DNA of 63,432 bases, filler included, from Phoronis australis (Eukaryota; Animalia; Phoronida), in the NCBI GenBank assembly GCA_002633005.1. It is 10 parts of 10 records of this genome, joined end to end, with 100 filler letters (N's around TTAATTAATTAA, not from the genome) between each part and the next. Parts side by side here need not be neighbours in the genome. Positions count along the whole stretch, not along the records: positions 6,998 to 17,335 come from NMRA01000933.1; positions 17,436 to 23,787 come from NMRA01002174.1; positions 23,888 to 27,382 come from NMRA01001005.1; 7 more parts are not named here. One strand, given 5' to 3'. The notes below the pieces were generated by a model. The model searched no databases, was not told the origin of the DNA, and saw only the letters and a program-made list of their open reading frames with translations. Below, in pieces: positions 12,662 through 24,465 of this stretch (positions within the stretch are counted from its first letter, which is position 1; each line of letters starts with the position of its first letter). Made by a program: the position numbers and the translations under genes.

Positions 12662-12790
12662 CATGGGCGGCGCACCATAGGGGGCTGGGGGGGGGGGCTA
12701 TCCCTCGAACTTTTCAGCGCTAAGCCGCACAATGTCTATAGGCGGTGCACCACAGGGGAGCTGAGGCGCTTTAGCCCCACTTTTTTTCAG
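12662..12790 (+). mobile_element. hAT-like terminus (CATGGGCGGCGCACCATAGGGG); inverted counterpart at 6998-7076
   Basis: Both places have the same terminal motif and the subterminal repeat TATAGGCGGTGCACCAC. Confidence 0.55.
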
Positions 12791-13029
12791 TGCTACGCCG
12801 ACTATGCAACCGGCGAGAACCCAGTGGAATTATTACCTTTGCGGTGGGAAAGGTTACAAATGTGTGCCGCAGTGTGGATTGAGTACAAATGCGAAGAGAG
12901 CGCATTGGCTGCAGTTATTGTGGGTAGTGAATGCTCTTACCACTTTGTATCACCTTAGATGTTATAAATTATTCATTGACAAAAATGTATTGCAGCTGCC
13001 CGCAAGTGATTTCAAGATACACTCACTAT

Positions 13030-13260
13030 AGACCTAATTCACGCGGAGGACATTAAAATCCAAAGCGAGGCTCACTGCGATAAACAAAGCGGAAGTCGAC
13101 ATTGCTTGAGTTAAATGGCATGTCTTTAGAGTCCAAACTGGATACTAAATCTTTAAAATGTGTCGATAATAACCACAGAGACGTAGAAAAATACATTAGA
13201 GAACAAGTCAATGCACCAAAGAGTTGTCTGACGAAAGGTTATAAGTTTTTTTTGAAAAAC
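13030..13260 (+). mobile_element. Possible ISL2EU/PIF-group transposon end with a degenerate coding remnant
   Basis: ATAGACCTAATTCACG terminus-like motif followed by a frame reading ITTETxRDVEKYIREQVNAPKSCLTKGYKFF-like sequence. Assignment is from memory only. Confidence 0.3.
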
Positions 13261-16200
13261 GGTTAGAAACATGAAAAGTAAATATGACCAAATTGCGGCA
13301 ATCGCAGTGTTACGGATTAAGTATTATTCTGAATGCAGGGTTATGTTTCTTCTTGTAAATTGTTAATAAAAATGCTTTCTACACGACGCAGGTCATCTGC
13401 TCGTATTGTTGACGAGTTGAAGATATATTCGACAGTAGTGGCTCATCACATTTTGCTGTAGTGCGCAATTAGTCACATCTAGTTTAATTTGTTGATAAAG
13501 AATATTGACAGTAAGCATAGCTTAGTAGGTCTTGGTGAGGTAGGGACTACCGGGACTAACAGTCGATTTGTCATTGATCTGAAAAAATTATTGATATTAT
13601 TAAATATATTTTTTATTAAAATAAAAAGCCAGGCTCGTAATTGAAAATAAAAATTATTTGACCAACAATTCTGCTTTCTTGGTTTCAATCATTCTTACGA
13701 GTCTATTTCATGTGTTAGGTTTCAAATATCAATCTGGACCAAGTTGAATTTTAAAATTAAAACACCTAATTCGTTCGTCCAAAGCATAACCTCGTTTTAG
13801 AGTTCAATTTCAGTTAACTGGACAGAGCAAGCATAGTTATCATGTTTCTTCATAGGCCTCGCTCATCCGAGGGCAAAGGTATCTGTGCCTTCTGAGAGGG
13901 AAATTTTTTCACCGAGTGAGGGGAAAAATCTACATTCCAATCACCATCAAAAGCACCCCCGCCCTGTTGCAAGCTCTCATAGGCTCTGTCTCAGGTAGCA
14001 TTTTGTGATCTTTCAAATTGTCACCTGTGTGGTTACAGGTGATTTGAACTCCGGAGAGAAATTTTCAATCACTCGGGGAATTTTTAGGCCTCTTGGGGGG
14101 AATTTCGCGTGATTTTTCGAGAGGGGAATAGGGCCTATATTCGGCCCCAAAAATCAAGAAATTGAGGGCCTTGATCTTTTTGGAAAGAAAAATGCATCAT
14201 GTTTCAAGCCGTAGTCATGAAAACACAGCCTGGCTGGGCGAAGATTCTCCAGTCGTTGCTATGATGCTCGGCAACCGAAATGCTACAATTAAAATATGTC
14301 TAAACTTTTCCATGCTATGAACATTCCCACTAAATAAAATTGGTTCTAACCCCGGTGTTTAAGGTACACGGCGGGGTATGGAAAATTGAACTAGACCGTA
14401 TTTATCCACCTTGGCTGAGACGCGCTCGGCTCATGCTCAAAGGGATGCCGCCAAGCTGCTCTATTCATCGAGTCACGAGCGAGGATAATTGACTTCGCTC
14501 ATGCGGATATGATCAGCTGATTACAGTCTAGCCTAACAACTGTACTTTTTATGGAGAGAATTTTACGTAGTTTTTACTGTAATATTTGAAAAGAGGNNNN
14601 NNNNTCGGCCCAGGATAAGAGATTTTGCAACACAGCAACACTCACGATTACTTTCATTCGGCGCGCACTAATACAAAAATTATATAGGACCCAAGTTATT
14701 TAGATTTTGGAACACATGCATTGCAATATTCAAAATACTTTTATTATGAATCTTACAAGCTGTAAAACGACGTTGTTAATTTCATTGTGTTCATTCATTA
14801 TCATCCGTCAAATCGGCAATTTCCGAGATATGATCTGCGGCGTGCGCGTATATGTACAAAACACGTGATTGTTATGTTCCTGAAGTACGAAAATTCAAGG
14901 CTTTAACATGCCGTTATTATTGACAGGGACACGATAAAACGAATTTGGATTTTGACTATAGTCTTGATACAGCGATCTGACTGACCACTGCGTCAGTGTC
15001 TCCGTTAGACCCAGAAATTTCCCACAGCCCGGGTAGTTCATTTCATCCCCAACATGTAGATCGAGCCTTGGACTATTAATACTCCACGGCAGAGCTAACG
15101 ACAGTCGGCCTGTGCACACAAATCGTGAGTTAACCAGCACTCACCTTGCACGTTACAGCCGTTTAAGTGAAAAACAATCTAGTAAACGCCATTTTCTTGC
15201 ATAATCCTCCGCCTTTTGTAACAAAAAAGTCTATCGTCGATGACCCGCACACGCACGCTCACTCACTCTCATACACAGACGACCTTCAAAACAAACGTCA
15301 CGTGACAACAACATGTGTGTTCATCCAGAGATTTTTCTCTTGTTGTGGAGTACGATGTAGCGCACATTTGGACTTAATCGCAATTAATCTGGACTCCACA
15401 TGAACTTTAAAAATTGTAAAACATCAGGNNNNNNNNNNNNNNNNNNNNNNNNNNNNNNNNNNNNNNNNNNNNNNNNNNNNNNNNNNNNNNNNNNNNNNNN
15501 NNNNNNNNNNNNNNNNNNNNNNNNNNNNNNNNNNNNNNNNNNNNNNNNNNNNNNNNNNNNNNNNNNNNNNNNNNNNNNNNNNNNNNNNNNNNNNNNNNNN
15601 NNNNNNNNNNNNNNNNNNNNNNNNNNNNNNNNNNNNNNNNNNNNNNNNNNNNNNNNNNNNNNNNNNNNNNNNNNNNNNNNNNNNNNNNNNNNNNNNNNNN
15701 NNNNNNNNNNNNNNNNNNNNNNNNNNNNNNNNNNNNNNNNNNNNNNNNNNNNNNNNNNNNNNNNNNNNNNNNNNNNNNNNNNNNNNNNNNNNNNNNNNNN
15801 NNNNNNNNNNNNNNNNNNNNNNNNNNNNNNNNNNNNNNNNNNNNNNNNNNNNNNNNNNNNNNNNNNNNNNNNNNNNNNNNNNNNNNNNNNNNNNNNNNNN
15901 NNNNNNNNNNNNNNNNNNNNNNNNNNNNNNNNNNNNNNNNNNNNNNNNNNNNNNNNNNNNNNNNNNNNNNNNNNNNNNNNNNNNNNNNNNNNNNNNNNNN
16001 NNNNNNNNNNNNNNNNNNNNNNNNNNNNNNNNNNNNNNNNNNNNNNNNNNNNNNNNNNNNNNNNNNNNNNNNNNNNNNNNNNNNNNNNNNNNNNNNNNNN
16101 NNNNNNNNNNNNNNNNNNNNNNNNNNNNNNNNNNNNNNNNNNNNNNNNNNNNNNNNNNNNNNNNNNNNNNNNNNNNNNNNNNNNNNNNNNNNNNNNNNNN

Positions 16201-16722
16201 NNNNNNNNNNNNNNNNNNNNNNNNNNNNNNNNNNNNNNNNNNNNNNNNNNNAAGCAAAACAATCACAATCAAAACAGCGTTATGAGCCCAGCTGAATAAA
16301 GTTATGTGTTGGCTAATAACCAAAATTCACATCATGTGGCCATATCTTAACAATGCATGCTGTTGGCATATTTCAACAGTCAAGATTTATTCTTAGAGCT
16401 TTTGCAAGTTTTACATGCGGTCCAGCCAAGTGCAAAATTCTTAGAAAAGGGACTGGAAAGTAGGCACAGTTCACCAAGACTTTTGAAGTTACCAACATTT
16501 TAGTATGAATGAAACTTAGCCAAAGAGAAATTAAATGATCAACGAGTGAAACACATCTCGCAGAATTTCATGAATTTTGCAGAAATAATCAAGTTGGCAA
16601 GAACAGCCTAAATAGTTGAACAAACCTGTGTGTACGTTGGATTGAGTATTTGCACTGTGACAAAGGTGTCGTATAGACCAAAGTCACATAACCACAGATA
16701 TAAGGTTTGCACATTCAATTAC

Positions 16723-16875
16723 CTGGTGTGTGAGTGTAACATAAGTCAAGTAGCCAGCCTGAGTGTGTACAATCCCTTTTGGAGCCCCTGTACTCCCAGA
16801 CGTGTACAGCATAAACAGTAGGTCTTCACTGTTCAAGATGGCAGGGTCACATGACTTGCTGCACTGTTCCATAGT
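16723..16875 (-). CDS. ACSS1: Acetyl-CoA synthetase (ACSS1-like), single internal exon of 153 bp
   Basis: tttcag|...|gtaatt boundaries. Encodes [51 protein letters not shown] with the AMP-binding P-loop YTSGSTGxPKG and the ACSS1-type HTQAGYL. Confidence 0.9.
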
Positions 16876-17862
16876 CTGAAATACAGTTACTGGATACACA
16901 TCTATGCCAACCATTTCTTATTGTGATAGTAATAGTTAATTCAATATATCCTTCCTGCTCACTACATTAGTCACAAAATATAAATCAGGATAAAGCTAGT
17001 GCACAGGATAAAAACATTTTAGGTCGGGGGGAAATTTCATGATTTCTTGGCGACAAATTGCCATGTCAGTTGAACCAGCACACACGATATGATTTTGTCA
17101 TGACTGAGGTGCCTCGCAGCAGTTTTGCCTAGTTATCAAAACAATAAATCACGGGATTAGGAACCAACACAAAGCATATAGTACAGTGCATACTTGTCAT
17201 GCGCTACCGATCTAAAATCCTATCTTGTTAATTTGACCTAAGTCACAAGTAGTCGCCATCAAGCGCGCACAATGTGATAAAGCACGACAAGATGTCTTTC
17301 AATCAAACATGTTTGATATTCCCCGACAATTTTTTNNNNNNNNNNNNNNNNNNNNNNNNNNNNNNNNNNNNNNNNNNNNTTAATTAATTAANNNNNNNNN
17401 NNNNNNNNNNNNNNNNNNNNNNNNNNNNNNNNNNNGTGTCACTAGTGAATAGTGATGTCACTGCTTATGTGCAAGATCACAGATTTCGTCCATTGAAAAT
17501 ATACAAAGTTGGCAGTCCATGTACTATAGTCTTTGGTAGAATCATTGAAGCCATTCTTTTGAATTAAGCATGAAGCCTTGTCTGAGGATGGAAATTGTTT
17601 GTTCAGTAACCTCAGTAGTTACATTTTGCTGGAACTAGAAATGCTACCTGAAATTTGCCCAATTCACCTGGACATTACTAAAAGTCACGATCATCAAACT
17701 CACTCAAGAAACAAGGTTGTTGCTACATCATTTCATTAGAAACATCTGACAAATCATTTTCTTATGAAACAAGAATGTTTTAAGGTGCTCTGCATGGCTT
17801 AAAACTTTTCAAAGTCTATTTTGACTTTCTAAAGAAACACACATTTCTTGATGTCTGCTTAC

Positions 17863-20800
17863 CTATGATCACAGCACTCGAACTCATTGTGACAGCTTGG
17901 AAAAACAAGTTCAGTCCCAATCCGCCATTGGTCAGTTTCTCCAGTCCTATGGCATCCCTAAGTACATCTATTTGGATGGCGAGAAATCCCCCACCACAGA
18001 AGAATGCCACTGCTGCTGAACCCACGACTAGGTGTGCGTATGACGTAGCGAAAGCAATCATAAAGATACCAGCTCCAGTGATACAGAGGCACACAGACAT
18101 GACCTGAAATCTATGGCCCCATTGTATCACCACCCACTTGTCCGCCACGATACTGAGGAGGATCCGAGCAGGGAACTCGCCAATGCAAGCTACTGTTATA
18201 AGGAAGTATGCATCCTTCCGACTAAATCCCAAGTCCTCAGCATGTGCCGGCAGTACTGTGTATGTCATCTGGAAGGCTATGAAACCACAAATGGCAACCA
18301 CTAGGTGGATGAGAAATGGCACGTCTTTTAGCACAGACCACTGGATGGATGTTTTCAGTCTATGAAGCAGCAATTGTTTCCAATGCATTTTAGCCTCAAC
18401 TTGTTCAATTTCCTTGGCTTGGTTTTCTAAGTAGTCTATTTCTAATTGGCTTGACCGAACTTCATGTCCTAGAATAAGCATCGAACCCATCTCTGTCCGA
18501 TTTGAAGTATTTACATCTGACAAATCCATCATACTCAAAAAGAATCGTCGTTCAGGTTTCACTTTTCTACAAGTTGGTTCCAGAACAGTGTCATGACTTC
18601 TTGAAAGTTGGTTACCAGCTGTTTGGTGGTTTGTCTGTGTGTTGTCAATCAAAGGCTGTTCGATTAAGTTGTGTTTCTTTTCTCTTCTATGTTTCATAGC
18701 AAGTTCTGTTTCCCAGTATTCTGGTGGTCGGAACAGGCTTGCCGGAATAGCTGTATGAAGAAGGATTGCACCAATAATAACCATGGTACCCCGAAAACCG
18801 AATTCGTCTTTGATTCCACTTGAAAGATATAGGAATAAAGATGGTTATTAGAGGACAAGATAATTTTGATAATGAAGCATTTGTAAGAGGTGATTTTGTA
18901 TATTACCGTAATCGTTCGGGTTAACGCCCATGCTCAGTTAACCGCCCACCCCCTACTTTAGGTGAATTTCGATTTAACCGCCCACTGCTCGGTTAACCGC
19001 CCCCCTGCTATTTTTGAAGATTTCCAATTAACCGCCCACTGCTCGGTTAACCGCCCATCCCCTACTTTTGACGATTGGTGATTACCGCCCTGTGCTAATA
19101 GGAAACGCGAATCCCCGACCTTTTAGATTAAGATCGATGATAACATTGAGTGCAACGACGGCCTCAGAGACCGCGGTTTAGCAATGTGAATTATGATACC
19201 AGTAACAAATTATTGTAACGGGTCATCGATTAACTTCAAAATGTAATACTTGAACACTTTGTCACTTTCTTTTCTTCTCATGTTCGCAAACTTTAGGAAC
19301 CGCGCTGGCGNNNNNNNNNNNNNNNNNNNNNNNNNNNNNNNNNNNNNNNNNNNNNNNNNNNNNNNNNNNNNNNNNNNNNNNNNNNNNNNNNNNNNNNNNN
19401 NNNNNNNNNNNNNNNNNNNNNNNNNNNNNNNNNNNNNNNNNNNNNNNNNNNNNNNNNNNNNNNNNNNNNNNNNNNNNNNNNNNNNNNNNNNNNNNNNNNN
19501 NNNNNNNNNNNNNNNNNNNNNNNNNNNNNNNNNNNNNNNNNNNNNNNNNNNNNNNNNNNNNNNNNNNNNNNNNNNNNNNNNNNNNNNNNNNNNNNNNNNN
19601 NNNNNNNNNNNNNNNNNNNNNNNNNNNNNNNNNNNNNNNNNNNNNNNNNNNNNNNNNNNNNNNNNNNNNNNNNNNNNNNNNNNNNNNNNNNNNNNNNNNN
19701 NNNNNNNNNNNNNNNNNNNNNNNNNNNNNNNNNNNNNNNNNNNNNNNNNNNNNNNNNNNNNNNNNNNNNNNNNNNNNNNNNNNNNNNNNNNNNNNNNNNN
19801 NNNNNNNNNNNNNNNNNNNNNNNNNNNNNNNNNNNNNNNNNNNNNNNNNNNNNNNNNNNNNNNNNNNNNNNNNNNNNNNNNNNNNNNNNNNNNNNNNNNN
19901 NNNNNNNNNNNNNNNNNNNNNNNNNNNNNNNNNNNNNNNNNNNNNNNNNNNNNNNNNNNNNNTACCGTCTGCTACGCAGGTGAACATGTTCAACGTCTGC
20001 GAAGTATAGTGAAATAATGAGCATAATTCGCAATAATCGGTCTCACCTGAGGCGCCATATTATGTAGCAAACTTTCTATGCAAGCGTTCGGAGTTTGACC
20101 ACACTCTACATTTTCGAAACTATTTGTTAATTAGAGTGCGCAGAGTACGCACTTGGTGGCGATAAAGTTCTTTTCAAAGTGTTAGGCGATCCCAGTATGT
20201 GGCTTAGTACGTGTGGTGACTCAGATCATAAGGTAAGATTAACCGCCCAGGGCGGTTGCCGGTCGTAATAAGCGCCCATGTTCAGTTAACCGCCCCCCCC
20301 CGATTTCTTGAAATTTCACGTTTAAGCGCTCATGTCTGGTTAACCGCCCACCCCCGATTTTTTGGGTTCGCCAATTTAACCGCCCAGGGCGTTAACCCGA
20401 ACGATTACGGTACTTTACAATAGACGTTTTTTATAGTTACTTCAGAAACTTCTTCCTTTGTTATGGTATTCAAAATTTGCAAAATAGCAGTAGCTGTGAA
20501 TAAATCATGGATCCCAGTGAAACAGATTATTTGACTTAAATTTAAAAATATTGTGCAGTTTTTTACCTGACTAGCCATGGAACGGTTATGCCAGCGAGTG
20601 AGTGACCGGCCATGGACACACCTTGGGCAGTCGATCGGTACTTTACAAAATACTTTGATATCAGTACTATTGTTGATGTGTATCCCAACCCAACACCAAT
20701 ACCAAATGGTATACTGAAGAAGACTAGCACGTGAATGATATCGGTAGCGAATGCCAGTGAGCCATAGGCCGCAGCGATGAGGATAATTCCGCTAAGTATA

Positions 20801-22465
20801 ACGGGGCGGGACCCGAAGCATGAAGTCAGCACACTAGAGATGAGACCTGTAAAGGCAAATGGTATTCCTACTTTAGCCTTTCAGTATTTTAAGTTATAAT
20901 GAGGTATATTGCTAAGTTAAATGTAGGTATTGACTTGTTCTCTCTGCCAAGTGCACCGGCTTTGGTTGAAGTTAAAAACTGCTGGGATATCACCACAGAG
21001 GGTGCCAGGTTGTGAAACAAGTCTATGTGTACACCTACATACTTAGTTTACAGGTACATTCTGATGTACTACTCCAGAAAAACACCAATGCCATTCATTA
21101 TTCATCACTTATATATAAAAAATAACTGACAAAAGGGCTGTTATTTCATTCATCACTGGCCCCATGATTACTGTAAATATCTCCAATCTTTTCAATTTTT
21201 TGTCTGGTGGTAGGTGTGGAAAAGCATTAAATTTGGTGCCACATGTCTTGCAGAAAAGAAAATTAGACTATAAATATCATTTGTCCACAATTAGGTGTCC
21301 CAAATTGGAGACATTTTTGTGTACATATACTGCAAAGTTATCTTGAGCTTTCCCATTAGCTTCATTGGTTACTAGACCCTGGAGATATCGCTGGGTGATG
21401 CTATAGTCATTGAAGTTATTGCGAGGAGGCATAATATGACCATCGCCATTGTCACAGCAGTGACACCTGTTGATATTTCTGATGGACACTAAAGTTGTGT
21501 GTTCCCACTCATAGCGACATGTCAGCACTTCGCTATTAAATCGCCCTGTTTTCTGTAAAGTAAATTTGAGCTGCTAACTTTGATCGAGACCAAATGATGT
21601 AAGCATTCCCACTCAACCGACTCTTCCTTTAATACCAAAGCACCGATATTAGTGAGAAAGGCATTTTGAAAGTACTAGACTGCAAATCCAAATTGTCGCC
21701 CATCAGCTGATGAGCAAAGACTAACCTAACTTTGTGAGCAATTTGAAACTTTCTGTGTCCTAATAAACCTGCAAAATCATGCTGATCACATTAAATTGCT
21801 ATCAAAAACAGATAAATCTCTGTCGAGTCCCCATTGAACGCAATGTAAAAGTCAATTTGTTTATTGAACCTTAGTTCTCTGCCACACCAGTGCACATGCA
21901 CTACCCATAACCAACTCAAAACTGTGTAGTTGTGTATTGATTTTCTGGCGGAAACGGAGTATTAGTGTGCAGTGTTAAAGGCAATGGCCTGGATGTGTCC
22001 GTGCGTTTCAAACTTTTAAGCACATGATATCCTCACTTTACCGTCACCTCAGTATCCTAACATCGCCCAAGCTGCTGATGTCAGTCACAAACTAAGCGAA
22101 GACAACCTTTGACTATACCGAGTCACACATTGACAATTAATCAAAGTTGTCTGTTTATGAGATCACGTTGCGCAATTCTATTACGAGGTTGTGTGTTGAA
22201 CACCTTGCGTTGATCTGATGAGGTTTGTCTATCATGCATGTAACTTCTCAAATCGTAATTTAGCAATGTTTGACCTTGACTGTATTCTTGTAAGACTACA
22301 TTCTTTGTATGGAAGACTTACACATGGCAAGCACTAGAAAGTATACAACAGATGGCATGATGGACACCATGGTGCTACTTTCATCAAAGATGCTCTGTAT
22401 CTCTATGAAGTGAATACCAATGCATCTCATCTGTCCTAAGGCAGCGTAGTTCACTGCAAAGCAGC
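17863..22465 (-). CDS. Monocarboxylate transporter (SLC16/MCT, MCT12-like), partial: exons 22465-22322, 20846-20567, 18818-17863
   Basis: Canonical splice sites with matching phases (1/1, 1/2, 2/1). Encodes TM1-TM11 of an MFS/MCT fold: CFAVNYAALGQMRCIGIHFIEIQSIF.., FGSRPV.., GIGVGLGY..ISKYFVKYRSTAQGVSMAG.., FGFRGTMVIIGAILLH..SLFRP, a long central loop, then LPAHAEDLGFSRKDA..GEFPARIL. The first exon (PDGGWGW) and last exon were not found in this scaffold piece. Confidence 0.9.
18906..20410. mobile_element. pogo/Tc2-type (TcMar) non-autonomous element in the MCT intron
   Basis: Perfect 24-bp TIR CCGTAATCGTTCGGGTTAACGCCC, TA duplication on both sides, multiple subterminal TTAACCGCCC repeats; the centre is an N gap. 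Confidence 0.9.
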
Positions 22466-22759
22466 CTGGAAAAGAAAAACAGATTCAGAACTACAGACGT
22501 ATAAGTTACAGGCACAGCCATCATTGAACTTACGCGTAGCAGAAGTTGTGGTAATGCAGTAAAAGCTGTTGTGTAATTTTAAGAGGGATTGTTTTATTAA
22601 TCACTTTTTTGATGTATTCATAGTTGGTGTTTTTAAAGTAAAATACCTGATAAAATGCCCCACCCATAGTGGACACCTCCGCCCCTGAATCTCCCGGAAA
22701 ATAACTCAGACTCACATATCCAGTCACCCGGTGACTCAATGACATGCGGCTTTAGGCCC

Positions 22760-23090
22760 TACTGAGGCAATTCTCGCACGTTTTAATAGTAGATGTGATC
22801 AGCAAGTGCTACATAAAACGCGTTCTCGTGATACTGTTTGTGTTATTTCTTTAGTTACAATGAACATCCAAATCGTTACATTGTGTTTATTCCATCAAAT
22901 GATCGCTCATTACACGCACGCGCTCGCTCATTCACACACACGTAGACGATCTTCGAAACAAAGGTCACGTGACTACGATGTGTGTTTGTCCAGAGATTTT
23001 TCTCGTGTTGCTGGGAACGATCTTGCCCCGATTTAAACCTATCTTGATCTTAATACCAACTCCGGAGGATCTTAAAATCTTAGGGACGCT
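22760..23090 (+). repeat. Interspersed repeat shared with 15140-15428
   Basis: acacgcacgc..cacacacgtagacgatcttcgaaacaaaggtcacgtgac..ccagagatttttctc is present in both places. Confidence 0.7.
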
Positions 23091-23887
23091 AGTTATTCTT
23101 AAGTGCAGGATTTCAGGTAATTGTTGAGTCTAAACTATATTTTTATTCAAGGTGCCCTCTCAACGATTGGGAGGCAGCCAGTGCATCGGCGAGTTTTCAC
23201 CCTGGGATTTCAGCACAATTTTCTGTAAAATGATTGTAATTTAACAACGAAGTTTGATAGGAATGCACCAAAGTTTTGTAGACAGTCTGTCCTAGACTAC
23301 AGATACATCACATAGCATAAATTTGATGAATCCTAGCTTCCGATTTCACTCGTTTCAGAGACCGGGTTTCAACCGTCTTGGGTTACAATGAGCACCGGGC
23401 GCCTTATGCCTTATTATGATGCAGTTAGCTGCCTCTTAGTACAGTGAACTATGTTTAAACTCATTTACCAGTCAAAACAGGTCATGGAGAACACTGCATT
23501 GAAGGCTTTAACTCTGTGCAAATGTCAGAGAAAACAAATTTGGGAAAATAACAACTACCATTGTTAAGAAAATAGTGCTAGCTATTACCTTCCACTTCAT
23601 CAGCTCAGATGTACATCAATATATAAAAGGCATGCTGAATAGGCATCATAAAAGTTGTCTGGGGCTTACAGAATCAGAGCAGTGACCAGTGCAAGTGAGA
23701 AATTCTCCACGTGGCCTCCACTGTTGTGTCTCCTAAATCATTTGCAGGATCTTATTGAGATTTTACAGATGTGCTCTTACTAACCTANNNNNNNNNNNNN
23801 NNNNNNNNNNNNNNNNNNNNNNNNNNNNNNNTTAATTAATTAANNNNNNNNNNNNNNNNNNNNNNNNNNNNNNNNNNNNNNNNNNNN

Positions 23888-24465
23888 AGTCTGGAATATT
23901 CTAGAGACTAGTACATGTTTGTAGAAAGATTGGGTAGGTTCCAGAAAGTTCTGGTATGTGCTTGAATTGATGAAAAGTTCTAGAACAATGCATTAGGCTA
24001 TAAATACACAAGCACGGGTTTGTGTTAGTCACTTGAGTCCAAGGAGATTAAGTCACTTGAGTCCAAGGAGATTAAGTGAGTTGAGTCTAAGAAGATCAAG
24101 TCGGGAGATCAAGTGAGATCAAGTAAGTTCAAGTAAGGAGAACTACAGTTGAGTTGCAGTGAAGAGAATCAGCAGTTACAGCGATAGTCAATAGAGAGCC
24201 AGCTATAGAGACAGCAGGTTATTGAAACGAGTGTAACAGTTGCTGGAAATATCTCAGAAGTTCAATACAGGTCAAGGCTTCGCAGCACTGGCTGGAGCAT
24301 AAACAGACATTACGTCGGACGTTTTGTTTGAGTAGGCTTGTGAACGTACGGTCGGGATTAATAAAGGATTAACTCGAACCAGTCTTCAGTCAATCTTCGC
24401 ACCGAAAGCTATTATCACCGGTCTGTAACAACCTACGCCCACCCACACACGGGGTAAACGTGACA
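23888..24465 (+). mobile_element. LTR (solo or 3' LTR) of a Gypsy-like retrotransposon, 5' end truncated by the linker
   Basis: TATAAATA at 23999, AG-rich tandem units (agtcacttgagtccaaggagatta x2), AATAAA at ~24360, ends in GTGACA with no TGG primer-binding site after it. Confidence 0.7.
23894..24006 (+). promoter_or_regulatory. Heat-shock-element cluster plus TATA box in the LTR U3 region
   Basis: GAAtaTTCtaGAG (23894), perfect TTCcaGAAagTTC (23939-23951) and gTTCtaGAAc (~23977), all within 110 bp upstream of TATAAATA. Confidence 0.55.

Noticed and set aside
15384-16323. Long ORFs of 150-300 aa at 15.4-16.3, 19.3-20.0 and 55.6-56.4 kb
   Set aside because: They consist almost entirely of X from N gaps.
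17620-17648. Short candidate last exon of the MCT gene (GSISSSSKM*)
   Set aside because: It lacks the expected G.L.D..G.Y motif and TM12; the true last exon is probably beyond the linker.
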